From positions 55,676,001-55,740,000 of the forward strand of contig OX597822.1 in the NCBI GenBank assembly GCA_951406725.2: a stretch of 64,000 bases of DNA. Direction: 5' to 3'. The DNA comes from Octopus vulgaris (taxonomy: Eukaryota). The notes below the pieces were generated by a model. That model was not told where the DNA came from. It saw nothing but the letters and a program-made list of their open reading frames with translations, and ran no database searches. A program made the position numbers and the translations under genes. Shown here in pieces: positions 1-13,710 of this stretch. Each line of letters opens with the position of its first letter. Within the stretch, counting starts at the first letter, position 1.

Positions 1-141
1 CTGTCTCAGCAATTACTACTAAACAATGAAGAGGACACAAACAAACTTTACTTCGCATGCTTTTAGATGTATCAAAACCTGCTCGTCGAGGCAAGGTATT
101 GTAACATAACGGTAAATAAACATTTCCCTAAAACTTTATGC

Positions 142-1129
142 GGATCTTTTCATTTTGACCGGCAGATTTTTAAAATAATTTCCATGTAACTAAACACTTT
201 TAAACTTCGTATACTGGTAGAATGTGTTACATAAAACATCTTTTTCTCTTGGCTTTCTTGAGAAAATTCTGTAGTTTGTAAGCTATTTGTTGTTTAATTT
301 CTTGCATTTTGGCAATTTTAATCAATCAATGACGTCTATTGAGGTAAATACAATTTCTGCGGTTGTTTGTCAACAACAATTTCTTGCGGTGTCATATCAG
401 TTTGTCACTGTTATTTACGAGAAAAAGATACCCTTCCCCCCTAAACCTAACCCTAATCCTAACCATAACCCTAACCCCACATATATATAAAAAAAAATTT
501 TTTACAGAAAGTGACGAGCTTCAAATGTAAACAAATACACGTGTGTGGCCATAAACTTAGGGATCACACATAAACAGAGCTGGATAACAAAACCGTTCCC
601 TCATTTAGTGTCCACCCATAATTATGTCCCTAGTATCGATCTATTGCATTTCAATCTGTTTTAGGGTTAGGGGTGGGGGAAGGGTATCTTTTTCTTCAGA
701 AATGTAAATAAACCCAATCTGTTTCTTAAACGAATATATAATATGTAATGTGTGTATCTGTGCAACAGAGAGGGAAATTAAAACTGCATATGTTGTGAAC
801 TTAGATTATGTGTTTATTAATAAAAGTTTAATAACGATAATCTTTTATTCATACGAACGTAACTGATATGAAATATGTCATAAGTAACAGTGACAAACTG
901 ATATGACACTGCAAGAAATTGTATTCACCTCAATAGACGTCATTGATTGGTTCAAATTGCCGAAATGCAAGAAATTAAACAACAAATAGCTTACAAACTA
1001 CAGAATTTTCTCAAGAAAGCCAAGAGAAAAAGATGTTTTATGTAACACATTCAACCAGTATACGAAGTTTAAAAGTGTTTAGTTACAAAGAAATTTTTTT
1101 AAAATCTGTCGGTCAAAGTGAAAAGATCC
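142..1129. mobile_element. Non-autonomous TIR DNA element (MITE/foldback), Merlin-like
   Basis: About 270-bp terminal inverted repeats (GGATCTTTTCATTTTGACCGG... at 142 / ...GGTCAAAGTGAAAAGATCC ending 1129). Flanks CTTTATGC (134-141) and CTTTTTGC (1130-1137) are an 8-bp TSD with 1 mismatch. GG termini plus an 8-bp TSD fit Merlin. Internal short CCCTAA-like repeats. Confidence 0.75.
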
Positions 1130-2130
1130 CTTTTTGCACTTTATTTTTTCACATATTACAACATGCAATCATAATAACAAATTATTTCTCCCGTTACAAT
1201 TGCTGACTATCAACATTTCATAAAATTGTTTACTAATCAATTTCTCCCGTTACAACTGTACAATCTCTACCGTTACAAATCTTTGCTTGTGATCGCCTTT
1301 GCAATATCTTTGTGAAAACGGACAAAGAGCGTTACAAACATATATCAAGTAGGATACATGACAACGACCGAGCAATATAACCTGCGACAAACACATCGAC
1401 TCGACTGTATCTTTACAACGACTGAGTAGTCAAAGCTGATGAAGTTAATTATCTGTTTATTGACTGCGTAGTCTGTACTTAAAGTTATCATTGCACTGTA
1501 GTTTAACATTGCTCCTGTGCAACTAAACTCAGACTTCATGTTTCTGCTTGTTTAGGCTAGTAATTTTAAGCCATTAGTTAACTTTTTTTCTGGTTTATTT
1601 CTCCTCTATGTCAAGTCTTAAAACTGTTGCCGTTATATTTTCATCTAAATCTTTAATTTCTGTGTAGTTAGTTAGTCTTCAGTTTGTATTTTATCAATTG
1701 CTTATATTTAAAGAAAAAACAAAACAAAACAAACAAGCAAAGACTGTATGCTTTCATCTTTCCATAGTAAACCTATTGATTCTCTTTCGCTTCTAAGTAT
1801 TTTCTAGTTCAACTATTGTTATTTTGCTGTAGCTTTCTATTTGTAACAAAACCAAACTTTTGTGCATGGAGTAGGAGTATTCTGTCGATATCATCTCGGT
1901 GGTAGGATGGGTTATTTCAGGATTCTCAGTGATGTAGTTATTTGTGCGTATTAAGCGACTATAATCAACCCTCCTGTTTCTGCATTAAGCTAAGAACTTT
2001 AGAGGCATTATTGACCTTAACTCCAGCTTGTTTCCTTTCTGTAGAGACTTGCAGAATATTGATCACGAACGAAGTGGTGTTCCTCTGAAATTTTTTTTCT
2101 GCAGTATATTTCAGGATTCTTTCGTATGGC

Positions 2131-2298
2131 CTTACGTTCTGAGTTCAAATTCCGCCGAGGTTAACTTTGCCTTTCATCCTTTTGGGGTCGATAAATAAGG
2201 TACCAGTTACGCACTGGGGTCGATGTAATCGACTTAATCCATTTGTCTGTCTTTGGTTGTCCCCTTTATGTTTAGCCCCTTGTGGGCAATAAAGAAAT
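2131..2298 (+). mobile_element. SINE family A, 5'-truncated copy
   Basis: Matches 6106-6335: B-box GAGTTCAAATT, central GCCTTTCATCCTTTTGGGGTCGATAAATAAG domain, tail GCCCCTTGTGGGCAATAAAG. Confidence 0.8.
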
Positions 2299-2649
2299 AT
2301 ATATTTCAGGATTCTCACTTGATTTTGTCTCTTCATTTTCTTTAGCCTTTTTTTTCTTTCGTTCTTTTTTTTTAGACTGGTTAATTTTATGTTTGTATTT
2401 GTTATTAATTTATTTTTGTATTTCTTAATAATACTTGCAAGTATTTTCTAGTCCCACCAATGTTATGTAGAGATTTTTTATTGCTTTATTTTATATCAGA
2501 TTCTAGGGGAATCCATCTCTCTCATCTTTTGGGTGGTGGCTTCGACAAAATTTCTGAAGTTTTAAAGTTTTTCTGCCTAAGCTATCTGCAGCGGGATGTG
2601 TAGCGAATTGTGATGTTGTTGATGGTTCAATATAAGTTGTCGGGTGTGT

Positions 2650-3210
2650 GCTAGTTACACGATCACTGACGAAGAGCAGGCGACTTTATGAGTGAGAGCC
2701 AGGGAATTCCGTCGCGTTAAATTCCTGGTTAATTTGTTTCCCGAACGGGATGTTGAGAACGAACACGGAGTCGTTCATTTCTGCGCCCGTGTTCAAAATG
2801 TATGGTAGTACCAACATGCTTCCTGTGAATTACGGGAAGAATTCGAGCTCCGTGACCGCCTACCAAATCGACGCGATCAGCTGCTACTTTGATGGGGGAG
2901 ACCAAAGGTTAGGGCTTGTATCTGATCTATCAGGGCCTGTATTTGTGATGCCCGCTGCGTCACCAACGAATGCAAGTCTGCATTTTCCGAAGAGCTGGAC
3001 GACGAAAGGAAAGGATCGGTAGAAGGGATCGCTGCCTGGAATTCCATGTCGACCGAGAGTAAATTCACCGCTGGGTTGTATTCCAGTAGAGACATGACGA
3101 TTAGTCACAGCAATTTTCTAGTTCGGGTAGGGAAATGTGATATTGTTGATGATACAGTGTAAGTTGGCGCGTGTAGCAGGATGATGATAGGCGTATTGGA
3201 CCGACACCAA
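2650..3210 (-). mobile_element. Decayed Ty3/gypsy gag remnant
   Basis: Minus strand reads ...EACWYYHTF*TRAQK*TTPCSF, a degenerate gag CWYHxxFGxxAxxCxxPC motif. PBS-like TGGTGTCGG near 3201-3209. Confidence 0.5.
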
Positions 3211-4344
3211 CGGAAAACAAATGAAAAAGAATAGAAATGCAGTTTTCATAATTTATTTGGTTAACAGTTGCATCTACGTGTTAGATACGGAGAACTTGAT
3301 TTGAAACATGACCAAATCTGCCGCTACATAAAGTTACCAGCTACTTCGAGTTGGCAAAGTAAAACTGGAGGAAAGAGAATGTTGATGTGACGGGATAGTA
3401 CAAGGTTAATATACCTTGTACTATCTAGTACCAGGTAAATATACCTTGTACTATCTCGTCATATCAACATGTGCGTTTGTCATTTGGTCGTGTTGTGTTA
3501 TTGTTCTATCTTGTCTGTTCGTGGTCTACAACTGCAACTGTCTAGCGTCAACGGTCACTGCTAGCTCATCTCTGGCTATGTTGCTAACTGGCGCGTGTTT
3601 AAGGCAACCGTATTTATAATGGCTATCCTAGCTAGAAGGTTGGATATACCATAAGAGTAGTTTGTACTTATTTAGGTCACTTGTCCATCTGAACTTTCCG
3701 TGATAGAGCCCAGGTTGGAGTTTGATTAGAAACTCATCCATCACTTTCTGATAAGGCAAAGAAATTTTTTGCGCCTAGTCAGCCTGGAGGTGGATCAGGC
3801 GAGCGAGAATCTTTAGATTCGGTTTCGAATCGCAGCCCGGGAAAAAAAATGTAGTTTCCACATATTAATTTTAATTCCCTTCCAGTTTACCATTCTGAAG
3901 CTGTAGTTTATACTCGGAAGATTTATATACACGAGCTTACTTCTAACCTGCAATTTATTTTTTAATAATACTTCTCTAATAATCTTTCCTATTCCTCTTA
4001 ATTTCTGAGCATTATATTTTATCAGCCTCATCTACTCTTAAGCATTTGTAGAGATGTGTTTAGTCTAAATCTCTAGTTTTGATATTTGTATCTTATTGCA
4101 TATTTTCAGTTTTACTTAGTTTGTGTCATCTTATAGAAGCGTTTTCACCTTTGCCATATCTTAGACTCAAGTTTATGCCTTGGCAGAATTTATGAAAACT
4201 TGTTAGTAGGATTTTTTCCTCTGGATATTATCGCTTGCATATATTTACAAATCATCCGTATAGAAGAGAAGGTTAAGAGTTTATACATAACATTAAAACA
4301 CACTAATTAAAAAAATATATAAATGGAGTCAGCGTTTGGAAAGA

Positions 4345-4578
4345 ATATTAGTTTTAGGGTTAGGGTTAGGTTAAGGTTAGTCTCTGGTTTAGGGTTAGGT
4401 TTAGTTTTAGGTTAGGGTTAGAGTTAGGGATAGTTTTAGGGTTAGTGTTAGTGTTAGAGTTAGTTTTAGGGTTATGGTTAGTTTTAGGATTAGGGTTAGG
4501 TTAGGGTTAGTTTTAGGGTTAGGTTTAGGTTTAGTTTTAGAGTTAGGGTTAGGATCAGGGTCAGAGCCAGGGTTAGTT
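4345..4578 (+). repeat. Degenerate interstitial (TTAGGG)n-like tract
   Basis: Mixed TTAGGG, TTAGTT and TTAGAG hexamers. Confidence 0.85.
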
Positions 4579-5569
4579 AATAGCCTTTTCTGTTGTTCCC
4601 AAATCTCTTCTGAGACGAAATAAGGTCATACAATTAAAAATTCCACGTTCAGGCACAAAATTTGACATAATAGTATGTATAGGTTAGAAACTGAATTTCC
4701 AGAAGAAGATTGTGGAGCGGTCTTCTTACAATTCACAGACGATGTTGTCGGGCCCCTCGTATCATTAATAATATTTGACTGGTAAAAGCAAATTACCACC
4801 TCTTTTTTCGTCCGACATATTTGTTTATATTAGCGAGTGTCCGATTTAGTATAAAATATTTTAAAATGGATGAATCTTTCTAATTTTTTTGAATACATCA
4901 TTAATTTTGTATATATTTTCCATTTTCATAAATTTTTCTTAATTGCATTTCATTTTCTTGGAGATGTGCGTTTCTAAAGGAGCGCCAAGTAGAGTATAGA
5001 CTAAAACTGGGCATCTGTAATGTTATCGGTCGTCCACAGTTCTCTTCTAATTGGTTAATGGAGCCAATGGAACGTCAAGCCTTTTTGCTTTCTATAAACG
5101 GTTGGTGGCAAACGTGAGAGACGACATTATCAAGAAAGCCCTTAGTGTCGACGAAGACCAGCTATAAAGCATGCCCTAGTGGACCTTCAATTTATGAATT
5201 AGGAATAATTTCTAAACTCTCTGGTCCTAGAGTGCTAAGAGTGGTGCATTGTCACTTCTGGATAGACCCTGCTAGAGGAAAGGTTGTCTGAGATACGCAT
5301 AGGATAACGTCAGTGTTTATTACGCGCTCATTCAATTTTTCAGCATTGCTGACTCGCAGAACTATGATGAACGGTTGTCAGCTCATGCGGTGTGGAACCA
5401 GCGGTTAACTGAATATCATGTAAAAATCTTCCTACTATATTCTTTTAACAAAAAGAGTGAGACCTTTTTCTTCTGCTTGATGGCTTTGCTAAAGAGATTT
5501 TATGGGCGAGATTGAAATTAATGAGGACAGACACTTTACTTTTTACAAAGATAAGTCAAAGACGAAAAT

Positions 5570-6400
5570 AATGATGTCATCAGAGTAATGACGCCATATA
5601 GAGAGGTGATGTCATAAGGATAATGATGTTAGAGAATAATAATGCCATAAAGGATAACGATGTCATTACAGGGTACGGCGTTTTAGAGAACAACGATGTC
5701 GATAAGAATGTCTCAGAATAGCGACATCGTAGATAATGGTTGCTGACTGAGGCAAAAATCCGGCAATTTTTTAAAGGGGAGGGTCCTTGATGATACGACC
5801 GACCACAGTACTTGACTGGAAATTTATTGTATCTATTCCAAAAAGATGAAAGGCATAGGTGACCTCAGCTGAACTTGAACGTAAAAAAAGCCGAAACAAG
5901 TACCGCAAAACTTTTTGTGCGACGCTCTAACGATTTCATCCGTTCAATGGTCATACAGGATAATGAAACCATAGAAGATAATGGTATTATAGAAGATAAT
6001 GATACATAGATGTCCTAGAAAATAAGGGTACTATAGATGATGATGATCTCATCGAAGATGATGATACCATAAATGCTCATGGTATCATAGAATATAATGT
6101 TACAAGGCGGCGAGCTGGCAGAAACGTTAGCACGCCGTGGGAAAATGCGTAGCCGTATTTCGTCTGCCGCTACGTTTTGAGTTCAAATTCTGCCGAGGTC
6201 GATTTTGCCTTTCATCCTTTCGGGGTCGATTAAATAAGTACCAGTTACGCACTGGGGTCGATGTAATCGACTTAATCCGTTTTTCTGTCCTTGTTTGTCC
6301 TCTCTGTGTTTAGCCCCTTGTGGGTAGTAAAGAAGTAGGTATCATAGAATATGTTACCATAGAAGATAATGATACCACAGAACATAATATATGATAGAAA
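5570..6400 (+). repeat. Degenerate ~21-bp minisatellite (GATAATGATGTCATAGAA-like), interrupted by SINE sequence
   Basis: Recurring GATAATGATG.CAT.GA units. Confidence 0.55.
6106..6335 (+). mobile_element. SINE family A, full-length tRNA-derived SINE
   Basis: GGCGGCGAGCTGGCAGAAACGTTAG (A box), GAGTTCAAATTC (B box), conserved central domain, 3' GCCCCTTGTGGGT hairpin and A-rich tail. Further copies at 2131 and 13028. Confidence 0.85.
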
Positions 6401-6644
6401 AAAAGTGAAGTTGTGCTAATAGTTGTAGGTTGCATTTTGTAAACAGCATCCAAGAAAATACTGTACTTTCAAGAATATACAAGCAAAAATCTGATATAAA
6501 TGACAACATACAACAGACAATATAGGTCAAAACATATGTTAATAAACATAGTAATTGAATTGTCATTACACAATTGTATAAGAATATAAATCAGTTGTAA
6601 ACCATACTAATACTTTCCAGAACTATTTGACCAATATATTTGGT

Positions 6645-6701
6645 CATCATCGTCATCATCACCACTACCACTACCATCACCATCATCATCATCACCATCA
6701 C

Positions 6702-6737
<36 letters not shown>

Positions 6738-6749
6738 AATCATCATCAC
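6645..6749 (+). repeat. (CAT/CAC)n microsatellite
   Basis: Read directly from the sequence. Confidence 0.95.
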
Positions 6750-6974
6750 AGCTTTAACGCTTACTTACCACGCTTACATGAGACATACGAAAAATTCATT
6801 GTGGCTAGATATCTATGGCCGAATACTCATCTCATCGCTCACCCTCAATTGTGTTAAGTCAAAACAGTATTTCCCAGTGGCTAAACATGTTTACCCGAAA
6901 GACTGGAAACAAAATACACTGCATGTATGACGGTGATGCTCTTTTACATGACAAGAAGACAAAAAAAAAAACAA

Positions 6975-7017
<43 letters not shown>

Positions 7018-7023
7018 GACGTG

Positions 7024-7066
<43 letters not shown>

Positions 7067-7426
7067 GCGTGTATGTATATATGCGTACGTGTATGTGTGT
7101 GAGTGAGAGTGTATATGTGCGTGCGTGCATGCGTGCCTGTGTGCGAGTTTCTTTCATCTATCGTTTACCATTGCCGCTCACAAGGCTTTTGGGGGACTCG
7201 ATGCCATGGTTGAAGACACATCTTCAAATTGCTAAGCAGCCAAGCTTAGCCTTGGATCACATGATTGAGAAATGAACCTTTCATCTTCGCAGCTACATCC
7301 GCGCCTACTTATTAATTCATTATATTTATTTCTGCGTAACTTTTCCTTTTCTTGTTTGCTAGCGCGTCAACGTGCGCCCGCGTATTTCATTTACTTAGCT
7401 TTAAATCTATTTTCTTTTCACACCAG

Positions 7427-7968
7427 GACGAATTTGCTTTGTCGAACGCAGAAAACTACTCTGCCTTACATCCACATGTCTCATTACCTAACGGAGAGTA
7501 TGATGAAAACCTGTGTCAAAATTGTGATGAATTTCGAAAAATTGGAAGGTATATCACTTTGAAGGATGTTACAAAAGAAGAAGAAGACTTTCCTCTTGCT
7601 TATTCCATCGTACTTTACAAAGAACCCGATCAAGTTGAAAACTTACTCAGGGCCATTTACCGTCCACACAATTATTATTGCATTCACGTTGATAAAAGTT
7701 CTGATCCTTTGATATTGAGTGACATGGAAGCGATAGCAAAGTGTTTACCTAATGTTTACATTGCATCTCGCATTATCGACGTTGAATGGGGAATATTTTC
7801 TCAAACGGAAGCTGAGTTAATTTGCATGAGGGATTTGTTAAAATATAAAAAATGGAAATATTTCATAAATTTAACGGGACAGGAATATCCGTTGAAAACC
7901 AACCTTCAAATTGTACGAATCCTTAAAGCGCTTAAAGGAGCTAACGATATTGAAGGAATACGTGATAA
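7427..7968 (+). CDS. Core-2/I-branching beta-1,6-GlcNAc-transferase (GT14, GCNT-like), internal exon
   Basis: EEEDFPLAYSI...LLRAIYRPHNYYCIHVDK...CMRDLL...WKYFINLTGQEYPLKTN are GCNT motifs. Acceptor ttttcacaccag|, donor AA|gtaagt (phase 2). Upstream transmembrane exon(s) not identified. Confidence 0.92.
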
Positions 7969-8229
7969 GTAAGTATTATTTATTGATTTTAGAGTATTGT
8001 TCTTACAGTTTTGTAATTTGCTTACTTTCCTAAACTGAAAGTTTTTCTTGCGATTATATATAAAAGGGGGCCGACATGTTTGGTACATGCACACACACGC
8101 TTGCGCGGGCACACACATATATATATGTATATGCATGTATGTGTATATGTATATATATGTTTATGTATGTATATGCATGTATGCATATGTATGTATATAT
8201 ATATATGTATGAACGGTTAAAACAGAATT

Positions 8230-11200
8230 GCAACATGTCCGTCAAATCTTTGTAGAGGAGAATAAATCTTTCAACGTAGTCAGAGAAGCTTATACAACGT
8301 TTAACAGAAGCGTTAAAATCTAAAGATGCCAGTGAGAGGAAGCTTGACAAATTTGAACATCACCAGGAATGTTATATGAAAAACTTAAACCAGAAAATAG
8401 ATATTTTAGTGAAAGAAAAAAAGGAAAAACTAAAAGAGCAAGTATCTTCACTGAAGTGTGACAACAGCCGACTACCAGAAAGTAAATTTCAGGTGATCCA
8501 GGAAATTAACGAACTAAAGGTGAATATGTTGCAGGCAAACAATAAACGGGATGAGATGCAGTGTAATATGCGTAAGAAGATTGCTGTTATGTATGAGGAA
8601 ATGTCTTCCAACTCACGAAAACACTGCTGAGTTTTGAAGATGGAAATCATAACATTATGGTGGAATTAAAGAAGCTTTCCAATTCACAGAAAATAATTAG
8701 TAGAAGCTGGAAAAAGGAATGCAGTACAACCTCAAAGAAATACGATGAGAAAAAAGCACAAATTTGATCTGAGCTGAGACGTTACAAAACTCGCAATTCT
8801 GAGCTGAAATCTTTGCAAGTAAAGATAACAGAGAGTGGACAGGTTTTGAAAGAATACACTTGCAAAATACAAAGAAGGGAATGGGACTTGAAGTTATTCG
8901 CTTTTTTGATGGCATATTGTTTGGAAACGCACGAGTCTACTGGCAATACACGTGCAACGCTGATGCAGGGTTACGGGGTGTGATTCCGGTTGATCTGTTG
9001 ATGGGAAGATCACTAAATGAAGAAATTCTTAGAGAAACATCCAGTTACGAGAAACATCTGCAAGAGAGACTGACAGAGGCACACCATCAAGTTAAGGAAT
9101 CTCTGAAGTTTTGTGGTGGAGTGATGAAACGTCGGCATGATGCCAGGGCTAGCGAGATCAACTTTAAAGGTGGGAGATGAAGTGTGGTTTTATAATTCCC
9201 AACGGAAGAAGGGACAGTCGCCGAAGCTGCAGAGTTTTTGGGAAGGACACTATGCTGTGTTGAATCGACTGTCCGAAGTGACATACCAGATTCGAGGAGG
9301 CAAGACGGCACGTCCTAAGAATGTGCATGTGAATCGTCTGTGGAAGTACGATGGGCCTGGCCAGTTCAGCTTGGGACCGCCCTGGACACATCTGTAGCTG
9401 AAGGCACTGTAGACCGAGGAGAATGAGTGTAAGAGTAAGACAGTCACCGTAAAGACTTGTAGTGATGCTACTGTGTAGGGCTCAGCGCGCATGTGCAGAA
9501 TGGGACTACTTCCGGGTGGCCACCGGAAGTCTTCCCCATGCGCATGTGCGGGAAACGTTCCCTCAAGCCCGCCAAGCTCAAATCTTTCTCTCCGGCTCCA
9601 CAGCTCATGCGATCGGACGTACATTCAACAAGCTCTGACAACCTCACCGACATAGCCGCCAACGACCATCAACAAACTTCAACAAGCTAACACGAAGCTG
9701 TATATCAGAGGCTGTCTTTCTCCCATCAGACACACGTACGACATCGCAATAAATAAACGAACTGCTGTCTTTTTACCTACAACCTGACTTCGTCTGTATT
9801 GTCTTATAAAATTGTATGTAACCAGATCGGATATCGACACCCTTTCAGTGAATCGATAACAGATCCTTCGTTACAATTGGTGACCCCAAGTTGAAAAAAA
9901 AAAGAACAGAACAGAAGACGCAGCGAACAGGTTTTTGCCGGATAGAGCGCTGAACATTCATTTTTTCATCCAGTTTTCTGCTAAGTCTGAACACGATCAA
10001 TTCTACGCAGTCATCATCCTTCGACGATTTGTTTCCGGTCCCCTCAAACAGTTATAAAAGGAGCCTCTCTTATTTACAGCAATAATGACGACACTAACAT
10101 ACACCACGGACGCCTTCATATCATCGATGCTTTTTCTCTGCCGTCGTCATCACCATCGTCGTCTTAGAACTTCACGTCGTCGTTATCTTCGTCGCCAGCA
10201 ACACTAAGCAACAATGTGTCTCAAGTCCATCACTGTCGCCTTCAACACCATCGACCTCAACAAGATGTACATAGCAACTCGCGGAAGTTTAGCGTACACG
10301 CTGTTCGTGTATACACACCAGCATTAACAGCACAGTCTACCTGCGAGATCTTCTGTACCAATTTAACCTGTCACAGCATTGAAGCCACAACCGCTACACG
10401 ACATGTGTTCAACCGGCATCTGCATTTGTGATCTCAACATTCTGTTACAGAACGAACTGCTATTATGTATCATGCTATTACGAACTGGTAAATTAACTCC
10501 ATCTTGTCTGAAATAGCCCTGAGAGACTTTTTCCTATGCGCTGTATTTTATTTTGTCCGCATTCACCTTGTTGTATTTCTGTCGCACACACGTACACACA
10601 CAAATGCTATCTCTGTCACATTCATACGTCACACATGCCTTTCTCGCTTGTTTTTCCATGCTCAATTTGCCTTTGTGGACACAACTCATATCTGTAAGAC
10701 CCTGAAAGTTGTTTGTCCATGATAACGCGCCAGCATGTCACACTTTTGTTCCTGCACGACCGAGGCACATAATCGCTCAAGCACTGGCTGGCAGCCTCAG
10801 CCTTACTACATTAACCACTGGCATATTCATTACTGTGTTTCAGTCTAGCAAGCCCTATTGCATTCATGCACCTCTGTTCTGCACGTGTACTGCCTTGTTT
10901 TGAAACACGTCTGCGTCAGCTCAATTCTTTTCCCGACTCAAAGAACGTCGGATGTTCACTTACGCTGCGCCCATGTTTAGGTGTAATTTCCCCCTGTTAG
11001 ACCCCTGTTAGTCACGTAATTAACAGAGTAAATTATCTGTCTCGCGCATCACTCCAGCATGCTTACACTGTCACCTTTGCTAACCTTACACCTTCAGCTG
11101 AAGCACTGTCTGCCTTTTGTGTTACTAGCGATCTATCTGCCAGTTCCATTTCCTCTCCTGCAGCAATTGACTTAACTGCTATTTCGCAGGATCAACCACC

Positions 11201-12610
11201 TTTAGAGGAGTTGGATTTAACTTCGCCTAAGTTTATTAACTGTAAGTTTGCCTAGCTTCCGCTCCTTTCAGCAGAAGGCTCTATACTTTGTGACGTATCC
11301 ACCGGTTCACCTAGACCATTAGTACCTGAGAAACATCAACGTTCTGTGTTTGATGCTCTTCATTCACTGTCACATCCAGGTATCTCTGCCACAGTTCTTT
11401 TGGCCCAATATGCGACGATCGATTACCTCTTGGGTACGCTCTTGTTTGAAGTGCCAGAGTGCTAAGGTCCATGGACACGTTCGTGCTCCACTTGGACAGT
11501 TTTCTTCTCCTGAAGCCCGTTTTCGCCATGTCCACCTTGATTTGGTTGGACCATGGCCTGTGAGTAATGGGTTCTCATATATATTTAACTTTATCGATCA
11601 TTTCTCACGTTGACCGGAAGCTATTCTTATTCACACATGCACCTTTGATTTTGCTCATTTTGAGTATTTTTTCTCTTTTTTCCTTTTGGTGAATTTCTTA
11701 TGTATATTATAAATTCTGCCATTTTGTTATATTGTATGATATTATGTACCAAGTCTTCTGGGGGATCGGCAAGCCTTCTGTTTTCTGCAGCACCACCACA
11801 AATTTTCTTGTTGTCGTACTTCGCACTCGAAGGGGAGCCTTGTAGTGATGCTACTGTGTAGGGCTCAGCGCGCATGCGCAGAATGGGACTACTTCCGGGT
11901 GGCCACCGGAAGTCTTCCCCATGCGCATGTGCGGGAAACGTTCCCTCAAGCCCGCCAAGCTCAAATCTTTCTCTCCGGCTCCACAGCTCATGCGATCGGA
12001 CGTACATTCAACAAGCTCTGACAACCTCACCGACATAGCCGCCAACGACCATCAACAAACTTCAACAAGCTAACACGAAGCTGTATATCAGAGGCTGTCT
12101 TTCTCCCATCAGACACACGTACGACATCGCAATAAATAAACGAACTGCTGTCTTTTTACCTACAACCTGACTTCGTCTGTATTGTCTTATAAAATTGTAT
12201 GTAACCAGATCGGATATCGACACCCTTTCAGTGAATCGATAACAGATCCTTCGTTACAGACTGAAGTTATAAATGTGGTATACTTTTGTCGGGTCAACAA
12301 AGGACTAGGGAGTGGGTAGTGTTACAAAGGAGAAATAACGTTGTTGATCACGTGACTGATATGAAGCATGTAGCGCATTTCCTTTTTCTATGCGTCTTTG
12401 CTGTGAGGTGGACGATTTGAACTGGTGAAGGAACGCACGGTGTCAGTTGGCCACGTAAAGAACGCGGAGTGTGAAGTTGGCTACGGAAACAGTCAGTGTG
12501 AATTTGGCAACTAGGACAGTCGGTGCAAAGATACGAGGTAACCAGCCTGTGGTTTCCTAGTTACTGACTTGACTGTTGGAGCTGTTTTGGAGCTAGGAGG
12601 CAGCATTTTG
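8230..12610 (+). mobile_element. Older decayed gypsy element interrupted at 9457/12259 by a younger LTR element
   Basis: Coiled-coil gag-like pieces at 8376-8630. Integrase C-terminus (RKKGQSPKLQSFWEGHYAV...NVHVNRLWKY) at 8860-9397. Resumes after the TSD with PPT AGGGAGTGGG and a TGTTACA LTR start at 12320. Confidence 0.65.
9458..12258 (+). mobile_element. Young non-autonomous Ty3/gypsy LTR retroelement
   Basis: 418-bp TG...CA LTRs at 9458-9875 and 11841-12258 with one visible difference. 4-bp TSD GACT. PBS TGGTGACCCC (tRNA-Trp type) at 9878. PPT GAAGGGGAG at 11829. Only a broken integrase fragment inside (11260-11640: HxxxHPG...CxxC...HLDLVGP...IDHFSR). Confidence 0.93.
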
Positions 12611-12613
12611 CAA

Positions 12614-13018
<405 letters not shown>

Positions 13019-13027
13019 TTTTACCTA

Positions 13028-13200
13028 AGGCGGCGAGCTGGCAGAAACGTTATGAGTTCAAATCCCGCCGAGGTCGACTTTGCCTTTCATCCTTTCCCAG
13101 TCGATAAATTAAGTACCAGTTGTGTACTGGTGTCGATCAAATCGACTGGCTCCCCCCTCCCCAAAAATTTCACCTCTTGTGCCTAGATTAGAAAAGAAAA
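13028..13200 (+). mobile_element. SINE family A variant, internally deleted, different tail
   Basis: GGCGGCGAGCTGGCAGAAACGTTA joined directly to TGAGTTCAAATCCCGCCGAGG and the central domain. Confidence 0.75.
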
Positions 13201-13453
13201 GAATATATATATATAATCTATTTGGGCTTTTCTTGAACTCCTTCTGCAGTCAGTTTTGCTTTTCACAAATCTCGGATCAGCTTTTACAGAACATATTTTC
13301 ATGAGCAAAAGAAAAAGAAAGACAGACAGACAGACAGAGAAATAAATGACCGAGATCAAGCGCTCGCCGACAAGTGAGTGTTTTTTTGACAAATTAAGTA
13401 TATATATATTTTTGCGATTCATATTGTTTTTCGTGTTCTGCTCTATTTAACAG

Positions 13454-13710
13454 AAGTTTTGAATTTCGGACAAAATATCACTATGTTAAATTTCAACAAA
13501 TGGGCCTGAAACCGCCTCCACCACATAACATTACAGTTTCAAAAGGAAGCGTACACATTGCAGCATCACGTGGTTATGTAGAATTTCTTATCATGGATCG
13601 CCGATCACAGGACTTTACTAATTGGGTTCGGGATACAAGAAACCCAGATGAAACATTATTTTCAACAATGAATCACAACCCACATCTGAGAGTACCTGGT
13701 TCTTTCAATG
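13454..13710 (+). CDS. GCNT-like gene, next exon
   Basis: ttaacag| acceptor is phase-compatible with the previous exon. Reads KPPPPHNITVSKGSVHIAASRGYVEF...PDETLFSTMNHNPHLRVPGS. Donor G|gtatgt (phase 1). Confidence 0.9.
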
